A stretch of DNA of 64,000 nucleotides, taken from positions 592,336 to 656,335 of the forward strand of contig NW_003314301.1 in the NCBI RefSeq assembly GCF_000143415.4, written 5' to 3'. How positions within the stretch are numbered: position 1 is the first letter of the stretch; each line of letters opens with the position of its first letter. Below, piece after piece: positions 47,160 to 59,650 of the stretch. This DNA is from Selaginella moellendorffii. Its lineage: Eukaryota; Plantae; Lycopodiophyta. Position numbers and translations under genes: made by a program. The notes below the pieces were generated by a model. The model was not told the DNA's origin and did no database searches. It saw only the letters and a list, made by a program, of their open reading frames with translations.

Positions 47160-48847
47160 ATGGCGATGATGGAGAACAAGGTGAGAGAGGGAGCGATTCT
47201 TCTTTTGCCGGATTTTTATCTTACGAGGTTTTGATCGATCCAGTCGCTGCTGTGGGCGCATCCGGAGAAGAGCGGGCAGCTCCTGAAACGCGGGAGCGAC
47301 ATCAAGTCTTGGAAGAAGCGGCAATTTGCGCTCAAGGACACATTCTTGTTCTACTTTAAGATTTTGCCTACAGTGGTACGCTACATTTGTCTTATTCTTT
47401 AATGGATGCAAAGGATTTTTATTTTTTTTGTAGGAACAATCCGAGCCAACTGGTGTGATTCCTTTGCAAGGATGCAAAGTGGAAGCCATTCCGGCTGGAG
47501 TCCATGGCATCAAGAAATACTCTTTTATCATCAATCTTCCGGACAAGTATATATTGACAAAGGCCGTGAAGCGTGCTCTTTATATTCTATCAGCGCACGA
47601 CGAACCGGACAGACAATCTTGGATTGGTACGCTGGATGAAATTTCGTTTCTCTTTTCTCTTTTCATTCTTTTCTGTGTGATGTCTCTTTGTTTGAACAGA
47701 TGCAATTCGTTGTGCCTCTGTATCCAAGCAGATTATTCGCGCCAAGCTCGAGCACTCGAGGCTTGAGGTAAAATCTCTCTTCAAGCTTAATGAAGGGGTA
47801 GTTCTGAAAGAAACAAAGACCTTGCGTAGGTTCACGACCTGGAACTGCGATGGAAGGTTGCAAGTGCTCTGGATGCCGGCAAGGTACGTTATCAAATTGT
47901 TACACTAAACAAAACCTTTGACTCTAAACTTTGTTTTTCTCGTCAGAAAATGCCATTTGAGCTGCAAGAAAGCGTTGTCATGCAAGCTCTGGCGGACGAA
48001 CTTATGGAAGTTTACTACTCCATCGAGCTTTTAAACCAGGCAGGGAAAGCCTTTGCTTTTGCTACTGGCGTTTAAGTCCTTGAAATTTCAGAGACTAGAG
48101 GAAGCCACGGACAGGTACAGAACAGCGTGCGAGCAACTATCTATGCTAGAGCAAGCCAATGCCATGTAAACTTCTCATTCTTTCTTTTCTTTCTTCTCAG
48201 TTTATCTTTCCGGATCAAATGGAGCTACTGAATTGTAGGCACCAGGAAGCTCTTATGCGTGAAGGATCTATGCAAATGATGCATAAGATAAGATCAGGTA
48301 TGATCTTTCAAAGTTTGGTTTAAATTTTTTCTTTGCTCACTCGTTTTGTGTTTCGTGTTTTAGACGAAAGTGAATGCAACGGGATCCTCGAGTACTTGGT
48401 CGCTGCAAGGATATCATTAAGAACACTTCAAAAACAGGTAACTCGCGATTTGTATAGAGGCAAAGCCGTGAAAAGTTTTCTACAGGTTGACGCACTGTCT
48501 GGCCTCAGTGAAGGTGGTGAGGGGGTTCCATCTTATGTGGATATAGAGGGGCTACTAAGACAAACTTTGGCTCGCCTGGGAACTCTAGAGGTATCAAAAA
48601 AGAAGTTTTCAAGGATGATGGTCTCACTGTTTTGGATTTGCAGTACCAAACATGGGGAACTGAGAACTTGCCAGACGAGGAGCAAATTGCGAGCCTCTAT
48701 GCTGCGATCGAAGCTTGCCACAAACAAGAGAAGCATCTGGTGAACGAAGCAGCTATATTTCTCGGCTATGCTCCAGCTGATGTGGGAAGTCAAGTCACTT
48801 TACCTCCCCCAGCAGCTGGAGGAGAGAATACATCCGAAGATCATTGA
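47160..48847 (+). CDS. PH-domain + coiled-coil protein; multi-exon
   Basis: PEKSGQLLKRGSDIKSWKKRQFALKDTFLFYFK | PTGVIPLQGCKV..YSFII..YILSAHDEPDRQSWI (PH fold), followed by short heptad-rich exons. Confidence 0.8.
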
Positions 48848-48883
48848 TCTTTCCTACCAAAATTTCCTCTTTTTCGGCCTCTG

Positions 48884-51649
48884 CTAGCTTGGACGACCAT
48901 CGCCAGTTTTCAGCACCCAAGTAGCACCTCTCGTGTAGCAAAGTTCCTTCATTATCTGGAGCACAGAGATCAAGTATGGGAAGTTTTGTAAGCTTTTGAG
49001 TACCTTTTGGTAAAGTTGATTCGACGGCATTTTACGTAACGCCAGCTTGAACGCTTCCATGATCTCTGATCTTTGCAAGCCAGCGGACTTTTGCTTCAGT
49101 AACGCGATGACCACTTCCCTGCACGAAGACAAGTTAGAAACTACGCACATAATCTACTTTCAAACAGTACCTAAAAGGGTCTTGAGTGGGATCTCCGAGC
49201 TGAGTTAGGAAGTAAACACCGTTGATGTTCGTCGCAATGGTGTCCACAATTGCTGTTAGTTCGGCCACTGGCGCCGACGCTCCTTTGGCAGCTGCTACTG
49301 CCGAGGCCTTCTCCTCGACTTTAACGTTGTCTGCTTGAGATTTTGTGATTGCCGATTCACGCAGGCAGTGACAGATGAATTGCAGCCTGTGGAAGCGAGT
49401 TAACAAGATTATCAAACGCTAGCAAGACAAAGGAGAAAAAACGAGAGAGAGAAACTTACGTGCACACATGGTGTTTGAGAAAGATTTGCGTGAGTGCGTC
49501 CGGTAGAGCAGCAAGCGTTTCCGGTGCCATGCTCGACGAAGTTGAGGGCCTCGGTGGAATGCCTGTGCTTGCTGCAAGGCCGCTGCCTGGCTTAGCACCC
49601 ATTGCCTTGCCAGACCCCATTTGTTGGACGGCTAGAGCCCTGTCGCTAATGAGCTTATCTCCTGCAGTCCAGCGTTGGAGCTGATCTTTGGCGATGGAGT
49701 TATGACGCTTGATAAAAGTCTTGTCTGTGCTTTCGATGAACTCCCAGCCGCCTGTCTTGATGTTTTGCACTGCGAGAGGAACAAGTATCTCCCGCAAAAT
49801 CTCCTTAGAGACCCTGAGTTGCTCGAGAGTTTCACGACTGACCACCCGGTTCTTGACAAACTGTAGGAGGATATAGTCTCGAATCGCACACCGACCACCT
49901 GTGTAGCGCATATTACTCGTTGCCACCCAGCAGCCTTGCACCAGATAAGCTGTTTTTTGGAGAACATCCAGAACTTCCTCCTCCGTGCAACCTGCCGGAG
50001 CCAGCTTCATAAGTCTTTCGAATTGCAGCACATGTACTCGACCCTGATATTTTACCGCATTACAACCGACTGTGTTTTTAGAAACTCTTCCTTACCTGAG
50101 ACAAGACAGCGTGCAATCTCTTGTCCAGCGGCAAAGTATCCAAATAGCTGCAAAGTGCGTCGGCAGATATTCAGAAGAAATGAAGAAAATAACAAATTCT
50201 AACCTTTTCGAGAGAGGCTCTTTTCCTAGTCCTGGCACGGCTTGTGACGCTGCAGCCGAAGGCGCACGACCAGGGACCAGTTTCTTCATATATTCATTCC
50301 TGCCAAAAGTAAGAACAAGTTCTTTCGCATCTGTTCACGACTAATATCACTTACCGAGACATGTCGAAGCGGATGAGATTGTTTGCGGAGGACTTCATTT
50401 TCATTTTGATTTCCTTGGTTACAGGACTGTCTAACCCATGCGGCTCAAGTGTGATCCACGCCTGCAGAAGGAGCATGTTAGTAGGAAAACTGATTTAGAT
50501 AGAAACAGACCTCGGCCTCCTCAAGTTGTTTCAGATGCGCGTATGACATCAATCTAGATTGCTGCTGACGCTCTGTCTCTTGTTTCTTTATTTCCACCTG
50601 CAAGTTCGTCCCCGTCAGCTACTGAAGTGGAAAAAGCTAAAGAATGGAACACACCTTAAAAGCCACAGGCTCTGGTTTCTTTTCAGTAGCAGCCCCTTCC
50701 TCAGCGTCGGGCATCTCGTCATCACTTTCAACGCGAGTGATATTTTTTTTCTTCTGCTCATCAGCTTCGTTTAGATAACTCAACGACGGACGAAGTTGGA
50801 CAATCGCATGCAACGGATTCAAGTGGAGCTGTAGAAAGAACATGCATGAGGACCAAGGAAAGAAGAGAGATGGCAAATAACCTTGTTCCCTTGCAGAATT
50901 CCAATGGCATAGTTCGTCGAGAGGTTGCCTTGAGTAGAAGTTAACGTCTGGGAGGAGATTATCAGGAACAACCCATCGATCTTAGCGTTTCACCTGTTTA
51001 GCGATTCGGAGATGGTCGTCCGCGGCGTCATCATAGTTGTCTCCAAACCGATCGACTTGAAGATCAACCTCGAGTTTCTGGTGTTGGTGCTTCACGCGAA
51101 CCTGATAGCAAACTAGAACTCAATCCGGGAAGAAACCACTAAAACGTAACGTAAAGAACAAACCGCTTCGCATCGTTGTTCCAACTCGTAAGGTCTCCAA
51201 TACGGTCGAAGAGGATATTGGAGAAGATAGAACTATAGCAAAATCTATAAGACAGAGAGAAAGAGAAATCCATACGCTACCTTGGTGTCTGGATCGGCTG
51301 TAGGAGTAATATGGACCTCGATCTCTCTCACCACTGTATCTCCATCCTCCACGATATCGGCCACTGATTCCATCGTCACTTCCTCTGGAACACTGCTTCC
51401 AGCTCCATCCATCCCCTCCCAGACCACAGCTCCATCCTCCATTTTTACCTTGATATCCATTTCCTCGTCATCGAGGATGAAATCCAGAGGCTCCGGCTTG
51501 ACATCGATCTCCATTGTATCCTCGTCGATCACTGGAGGCCGATCCTCGATCTTCACCTGTGGTGGGGGCTGCGCGACGCTGGAAGCATTGGCGCTGGCCT
51601 CCGATCGCCTCCCGCGAGCTGGAACTCGCGGCTTGAATTTGGGCTCCAT
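48884..51649 (-). CDS. RPC5: RNA polymerase III subunit RPC5 (Sin-like / POLR3E); multi-exon
   Basis: DTVVREIEVHI | FYLLQYPLRPYWRPY; LHLNPLHAIVQLRPSLSYL; AYLVQGCWV; IMKELCYTRGATWVLK. Confidence 0.92.
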
Positions 51650-51719
51650 TGCCACACAAACTTTAGGGTTCTTGGACTAGGTTAGATTTTTGGAGCGATC
51701 GAAATGTAGCAGCCGAGGT

Positions 51720-54700
51720 ATGGATCGCAGATTCTCGGAGTACACCGGCCATGGCGCTGCTGCGAGCGTGTCCAGCAGCGATCCTTCTTCCACCGCGGTG
51801 CCGCTCCAGTTGTTCGTGCGCCAGGAGATCCCTGGCGCCTCAAATCCGGGGCCCTACATTGCGGATTGCTTGCCAGATTTCGCCGGCTATAGCTGGATCG
51901 CGTATGGCGCGGGCAGCCAGCTTGTAATATCGATCGTCGCGTCGCCAGACAAGAAGGAGGAGTTTGGGATCGCGCGCTTGTTTCATCAGGCTCTAGAGAC
52001 GAGGCTGGTCGAGGTATCGGACGAGGATTCTCGTGTGAGTATCGTCAGCTGGGGGAATTCTCAATCCGGGAGCGTTGGGGCTGCCGCTGGAAAGGCGATC
52101 TACATCTTTGCTCCCAGATTTCTTGGAAGACCTGAGACACAAAATACTCCAGGTGATCTCTTTTATTTTCTTCCTCGCTTCATGGAACTGGAACTAAAAC
52201 ACTTCCTTTGTTTGCAGCTCTTCCGCTAGAATGGGAGCCCAGGAGCATGCTCGTCCATACTTTTCCTGTGACACATTTTTCATGGAGCGGATCTGGCGAT
52301 GGTATACTTTCGTCGGCTGGATCAAAGATCTCGATGTGGAAGCAGGACGATGATGGGTCTGGTAACTGGGTTCCTGTTTGGGAGTCTTTGGTGGAGTGGC
52401 CTCAAGCGCTTGTGGCTGCTTCGTGGTCGTATAGGGGTCTCGCAGCGTCCACTGATATGGATAACTTAGCAGGAAAGGATCTTAGAGGAAAGGCTACAGT
52501 GTGGTGGTGGCAAGAAGGCTCAGAGGCACAGCCAGTGGAGCTTTCTCATCCAAGGCAAGTTCTTGCTATACAGTGGAGGCCCGTGTCAAGGCAAAATGGA
52601 AAGGTGGTGGAGGAAAGTGACCATCACAGGCTGATACTACTTACGTCTTGCCGAGATGGAGTTGTCCGGCTGTGGCTGGAGATTGACAGTGGGAAAGCTA
52701 GAGCCGACAACGCCATGATCAAGCCAGCGTTTTTCGTCAGTGCCTTGATCGAAGTGAACACGAGCTTGCAGGCAACACTGGGACTGGACTGCTTTGTGAC
52801 TTGGGGGTTGGAAAAATCGCAGGGAAGTAATTTCGCCACGGGGAATTCGACAGAGGTTGCGGCTTGTGAGTGGATCGTGGGGACGGGGCCTCGTGGAATC
52901 GTTGCACTTTGGTCTTTGCATTGCCTGGACGATGTGTATCCTCCGCGCTGTCCTCGAGTCTTACTGTGGCAACAAGGGACGTTACGTTTGCTCGACTCGG
53001 AACCAGACATCGCAGAGAATCCATGTTTTTTCAAGGCAGTGATTCAGAGAGCTCAATCTTCGGTTCCGCCAACTTCGGTGGACTTGTTCGAAGTTTACGA
53101 TGGAGGTCTGTTGAGACGCTCTCGGCTTTGGCCCCCGGTCACTTCCATTGGCGGTGGTAGTGGTCTTGTGAGGAGAGCATCCGATACAACGGGGTTGACG
53201 AGTAAGATCAAGATTGGTACGTGGGGACGCTCTCACGAGGATTTTCTCACGTTCGGTCACACCGGGAATAAGATAAATCTTGCTCTACATCCGGCTCGTG
53301 CAGCAAGAGTGGCAGCATCTGTTGACAAAGCAGGAACTCTTCTACTTTGGCAAACTAGCCTTCCTCTCGAACCTTACGTCGAAGCTCCGCATTTGCACGT
53401 ATCATCCTGGAGACTCTGTGGCAGATTGTCCATACAGACCGAAAACTTTCTGCCGGCACTCTGCTGGTCTCCGGCTCTACTTTTGGGTGATAAGATGGTG
53501 TTAGTGGTGAGCCATTCCGACAGCCTCTCCTGTTATCTCGTAGTAAGGGACAGATCGAAGGAACAACACTGGCTCGCATTAGATCTGCTATACGAGTTGC
53601 GGCCTCCAGTGTCTCAAGAAAAGCTGGTACTGGAAGACGTGTTCGTGATCCAGAACTCTGCACAGAAGGATCAGTCGGTTCTTGTTCTTGTTGCTTGCGG
53701 GAACAAGGGAAACGTGGCGATGTCCTGGACCTTCAACATCGTCTTATGCGAAAAAGATGGTGAAGAAGATCAACAAAACTCTCGACAGTCGGGCATTCCT
53801 TACAAGGGACCACTAGTGGGGGCTGAAGAAGCAATCTACACAACATGCTTCTGGACTGGCTATATGTTTATGGCCCTTGGAGAAAGACTCTTGAGCGCAA
53901 CCTCCCATTATCCGTCACTGTATAATTTCGTTTCGGGCTGTGAAGACGGGTCTTTACGGCTCTGGCGAGTAACTCTGCCGGAAAATCAGCATCTCAACTC
54001 CTGGGAGTGTGTTGGTCGACTGACAACAATTTCTTCTGAACGGTTCACTTTGCTAGCTGTGGGTAACCATGGCACAAAGCTGGCTTCTTCGACGCAGTCT
54101 GATTCAACTCTGAGAATTTGGGAGATAGTTTGTGGCTCAGGCAGCTACTTGCATTACCTTACAGGAGAGATCGTCCTAGCGCAAACTCCAGCTGCATTGA
54201 GCTGGTTCGAAGGTGGTGATGGAGTTTCAATGCTGGGGATAGTGGTTGCCGGTTTAGTCCAGGTTTACGTTGAAGCCCGTGATGACGCATCCGACTACTC
54301 GAGCTGGGTCTGCCTAGCATCAATTTCCACTTTGCATTGCGTGGATGGACTTTTTTGGGGGCCACAAGCGTCGCTTGTTGTGACGACTGAAAGCCGGATA
54401 CAACTTCTAAGTCAATGGGGGACGGAAAGCGGGTAAGCATTGTCTTTATGCTTTACTTTCAAATCGTTAAATTTTGATTGCTCAGTGGAACTGTGGAGAT
54501 GTTGTTGAAGGCAGCTATTACAGCTTCACGACCGCGATCTCTCTGCCATCCGAAATCGATTTTGAATTTTCTCTTGAACGGTATGCTGCACTGCCTATTC
54601 TGGTTTCGTGAAACTCATAGCTGGCTGTGATAATATGGCTAGGAGAGCAGCACCAAGCAAGTATCTGTCTTCGACGCCTCTTATCCCTTGCGGCTGAAAG

Positions 54701-57700
54701 GACATGCGACTCTCTTGAGTTCCCGTTCATTTCGATACATGATATTCAAAAGGAGAAGAAGTTGGAACACACCGCGGTAACACAAACAGCAGCATGGGTC
54801 TTTGGGGAGTCGATGGAGCACTCAGACAGTCTTCACGATGTAGATGGTCCGTTGAGCGCTTTGGAATTGGAGCAGCTTACCTCGATTGTAGAGCTTTTTA
54901 AAAATGGCTCTCAGCTTCTACCAGTCATCCACTTGCTTCAGGGGATTCGTCAGTCAAGTCAGTTTGCATACCTTGATGAACCCGGCCAAAGGTAAGATCT
55001 TTTTAATAACATGCAATCACTTATAGTGCATTATCCAGGGTTGCTATATCTGTTCTCTACAACAAGCTTCAGAATTTGGAAGTCCTTGTAGATTCTAAAA
55101 CGATTGCATGGGCCCTTCAGTCGGAATGCAAGGATTTACTCGTTGATATGCTCATTCCAGAGAACAGCATGTCATGGTCCGCTTTAAGAGCTCTTGGAGT
55201 TGGTTTTTGGTTTACAGATGTTGGACAGCTTCGTGCACGGGTAACTACTGGTGCATATTATTGTGATTACTGATCTGTGCTATCTCGTTTATGTTGTCAG
55301 ATAGAGAAACTGGCAAGGACTCTATTTATGCAAAGCCGTGATCCTAAGGACTGTGCTCTTTTCTATATTGCATTGGATCGGAAAACGGTACTGTCCGGCT
55401 TATTTAAAATGAGTCGGGATGAAAGCGACAAACCTTTGGTTCAGTTTTTTGCCAGGGATTTTCAGGTACGTGCTTTGAGTGTATCCAAAAGATTGTTTCA
55501 ACCTTTCTTCTTTTCTGGTGTTAGGACGACAAAAACAAATCTGCTGCTCTTAAAAATGCCTACGTCTTGATGGGAAAGCATCGGCATGAACTTGCAGCTA
55601 CGTTTTTCTTGTTAGGGGGAGATTTAGAATCTGCAATATCAGTGTGTACCAGAAACCTTTGTGACCCGCAGCTAGCATTGGTTATATGTCGCCTGAAGGG
55701 GAGTAATGAGCAACCAGCAAAAGATCTTATTTCTAAAGATCTGCTTCCAGACGCGAAAATTTCCGATAAATGGCTTGCGAGCGTATTTCAGGTATTTTAC
55801 TTCTATTTAAGTATAAGAATGTGAGAAGACGGTTGTTTCTTTCTGCAGTATTTACTTGGTGAGCGTCTTGAAGCTCTCTGCGAAATAGTCGGAAGTGACA
55901 AAGATCCAAGAAAACTACCTCTTCTCGATCCTGATGTTGGAGACTACTGTCGTGTTGTTCTCTCGAAACCCGGAATGACTAGTTCTTCCATAGCAAACAA
56001 GGCGTGTCGGATATCTGCTCTAGCTTTGAAGAAGCTTGGACTTCCCGTAAGATATACTTCCTCGCTGTTTCTGATCTAATGTTTTACTTTTGCAGTTAAG
56101 AGCTTTAGAGATTCTGCAAAGATCGTCACATGAAACTTTCAGTGCTGGTCAAATGGATTGGATTGTTCCCGCTGTGGCAGAAAAGCTTGCTGTACACTTC
56201 GTGGAAGGTCTCGCCTTGCAATACATGATCGATGCTGGGGAGATATGGCGCGACTTCAAGCAAAAGACAGCGGACAATGGCGTTCGGGATCTAGCCATCC
56301 TCAACCGCAAGTTTTCTATCGATTTGGCATCTTTGTCTAACTTGGTAAGCTGTTTCCCATTCTTTTTAGCATGTTTATTATTGTGTTATCTTTACAGCTT
56401 GAGCTCACCGCATGGCATCTTGGGCGTCCATGGTTTGGTTATTGGTTGCTCAACACCGCAACTATATCTACGGATTTGCCATCACCTTTCAGTTCTTCGG
56501 CTAATTATAAAGAAACCATTTTGGAGTTCGTGTCTTCGACAGAGATATTTTGTGCGACATTGCTAGCCTTCGGCCCTGCCATCTTTCCATCAAGTATTTC
56601 ATTGGATACATATGGGAACTTTCAACCACTTTTGATGAACGAGGGACATATTGGTCTAGCAACTGACAAGGCCTGGTCTACAACGTTGCCTCAGGTTGAA
56701 GAATTAAGAAGTTATGCAAGCCAGATCAATCAGTTCGTATCCAGCAGCAGCTCGATACCTGATGAAACGGAGAGACGGCATTTGTTTCTACTCGCCTTTA
56801 TATTTCTGATGGGAGCAGCTTGGCTTAAGAGACAGGCGGAGGTGCTGTTATTTATAATTCAGATGATGCTGGACACCGAGACAACTTCTGGACTCGATCT
56901 TAACGCCTGCTTTCGTATGGAGCCGTCTAAGACTCCTTTCGACGGGTCTGAAACAAAGTTACTAAGCGACGATGATACATGGCTCTTACTTGGTGTTGCA
57001 TTGTGGAGCCGGGTCCTTACTTTTCTAAAACGGCAGCTTTCGACGGTGGCGACTGAGGTTTCTTATTCTGGCTTTGGCAGAGTTTCTCCTAGGCAATCGA
57101 CTATCAAATCCTTCTCTCGACTATCGTTCGTAAGCGTTGCCGAGCAATCTGTGAAACCTCGCCGACAACCTGGTGCCGAAGCTCTGTTATCGTCCATAGG
57201 CTGCATATTTTCGAAACTAAGAACTCAGTTGGCACTTCGGGTCAGGGACACAGCAAATGGGGCTTCACTTGACTTTTTGTGGAAGGAAGGACCGGATGCT
57301 GGAAACTATATCCAGAATTCGTACGTGGAACTTTGGAAGCTTCTATCTGTAAATGAGGAGGTTCGCGCGGCCTTGAAAATGGAAGGTATTGATGGACAAC
57401 AGCCGTTGGAGAGCAAGGTTGGCTGGATAGCAGAAACAAGTGATAGAAGTTCGGCTTCAGCTGTTCCTGCTCCAGAAGAAAGTGGCATCCGGTCTCAGCT
57501 TAGTAGGAGGTTTAGTATGAAGGGATTGATCCGGAGCCACTTCAACACTAGATTTCGCAAGGACGACGAAGCTTTGCATTCGCCAGGCGATTCACTGGAG
57601 GTATATCATTTTCCATTTCGACTTTGAATTCCTAAAGAATCCGTTTGTTTGTCCTTTGCAGGCTATCTCAGTTAACAGTTGCAATCCCGAGCAAGTGGTC

Positions 57701-59650
57701 GTTGCGAGCAGTAGCAAGGTACATTTTCTCATCTCTAGTGTCATTTCGTAGTTTGCATGGAAGCTTGCCGTTTGTGAGCCTACAAACATTGTGCAGGCAC
57801 AGTGAGCATCCTGTGCTCGACTTTTTTTTCCATTTGGAGCGTGTTGAGATTGCTTGGAATGTCTCTGGGATAATCCCAGTCGTCGAATGTAAGCACTTGA
57901 CTGACCTTGTTTTGTGGCTAGCCTGCACAAGTCTTTCCATACTTTTGATTTGGTACTTTTCTCCAGGGACTTCTTTACCTTGAACTTAATACGTATGGCA
58001 AGTTTTCTGAGTCTAAAGACAACTTGTGGGCAGAAGCTGACTGGCCTCAGGATGGCTGGGCAGGATCAGTGTCAACACCCGTCCCAACTTTTGTCACACC
58101 CGGTGTAGGCTTGGGTAGCAAGAGCGGCTCGGGCATTGGACTAGGTGGTGCAGCAGTTGGAATGGCAGCACTGTCAAAGTCCGTAAAGGAGTCGAGAAAA
58201 GCTGCGGTTGGATTTGGAGTTCCAGGATATGCAGGCATTGCAGCCTGGCATATGGGATGGGAGGAACTAGCAGACTACGATGGACTCGTCGATCCTCCGG
58301 CCACTGTTGAGAACGTGACAACGTCCGCTATAGCTGCACATCCTTTGCGGCCTTTCTTTCTCGTCGGCGCGAGAAACACTCACGTTTACCTCTGGAAGGT
58401 ACGTTTTAATCACGTTTTCTCGTCCCTTGACTCTTATTTTGTTGCTGCCCGATATAGTTTGGCGAGTCGTCGGCCACTGCAACTTATGGTGTCTTGCCGG
58501 CTGCAAATGTCCCACCACCTTACGCCCTTGCTTCCGTTTCTTCCGTCCAATTCGATCGTTGTGGTCATCGGTTTGCATCCTCAGCAGTCGATGGCACTGT
58601 GTGTGCGTGGCAGCTCGAAGTTGGAGGCCGAAGTAACGTCTGTCCTACTGAGTCTCAACTGTGCTTTGACCGCCATGCGTGGTACTGTATTCGCGAGCTA
58701 CAGTTCTATTCGATCTCTCACGGTCGGCCACTGCAGGGACGTCACTTTTGTTGGTGAGAGTGGCGCTATTATTGCAGCGGCCGGTTCTAGCCCCTCGGGA
58801 GAGAACCTGGTCGTCTGGAATACTTTAGCTCCCCCAAGCTCGGCGCGAATGTCGATTTCCTGCCATGAAGGTCTGTCAGCCTGTCCGTCTTCCTTCTTTT
58901 TTACTAGTATCGTACGTGTATATCTCATACTAGAGAAATGTTTTTGTTCTTGTGAAGGTGGTGCCAACTGCCTGGATGTATTGCACGCGGACCTTGGTGG
59001 CTCGCCTCTGATTATAACTGGAGGGAAGAAAGGAGATATCTCCGTCCATGACTTTCGATACATTACAACCGGCAAGGCCAAGCGTCGCAAGAACGGGTAT
59101 CAAAGAACAGGCGACGATGGTCGTTTCGTGTGGCACATACCGAAAGCTCATACAGGTATGTATCTTGATTCGATTCGAGCTGGCCGATTGAATTTTTATT
59201 TCTCGGTTCTTGGACGTAGCGAGTGTAACCAGAGTGCGAGCAGTGCCAGGGACAACACTGTTTTTAACTGGCAGTAAAGACGGAGACGTCAAGCTTTGGG
59301 ATGTGAACAAATGCGAGCTCGTAAAGCACTGGCAGAGAGTCCATGAGAAACGCTTGTTTCTTCAGCACAATACGCCAGGCTTGGGTGCTCTGGTTCAGGT
59401 GAGTGTTCCTCTCTCGTCGGCAAGGAATTGATTAAACCAGGCAGGCCTTCCTTGTTTCTTTTCTCTGCCTTTGTTTTCTTTCCATTTCTTTCGTTTTCTG
59501 CCGCTGCACGTTGATATAATAATGCGTGCACTTGCTTCGTTTCAGGCAGCAGTGATGGATTTGAGGATCTTACCAAATGGATTCATTACATGCGGGAGCG
59601 ACGGGGCTCTTCGGCATTTTCGATTGGAAAGCGAGCATCACTCTGGTTGA
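51720..59650 (+). CDS. RAV1: RAVE complex RAV1 / DMXL (rabconnectin-3 alpha) WD40 protein; multi-exon
   Basis: N-terminal WD40 repeats; Rav1-C motifs (IAWALQSE, WSALRALGVGFW, DPKDCALFYIAL, AALKNAYVLMGKHRHELAATFFLLGG); C-terminal WD40 repeats. Stop at 59648-59650. Confidence 0.94.
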
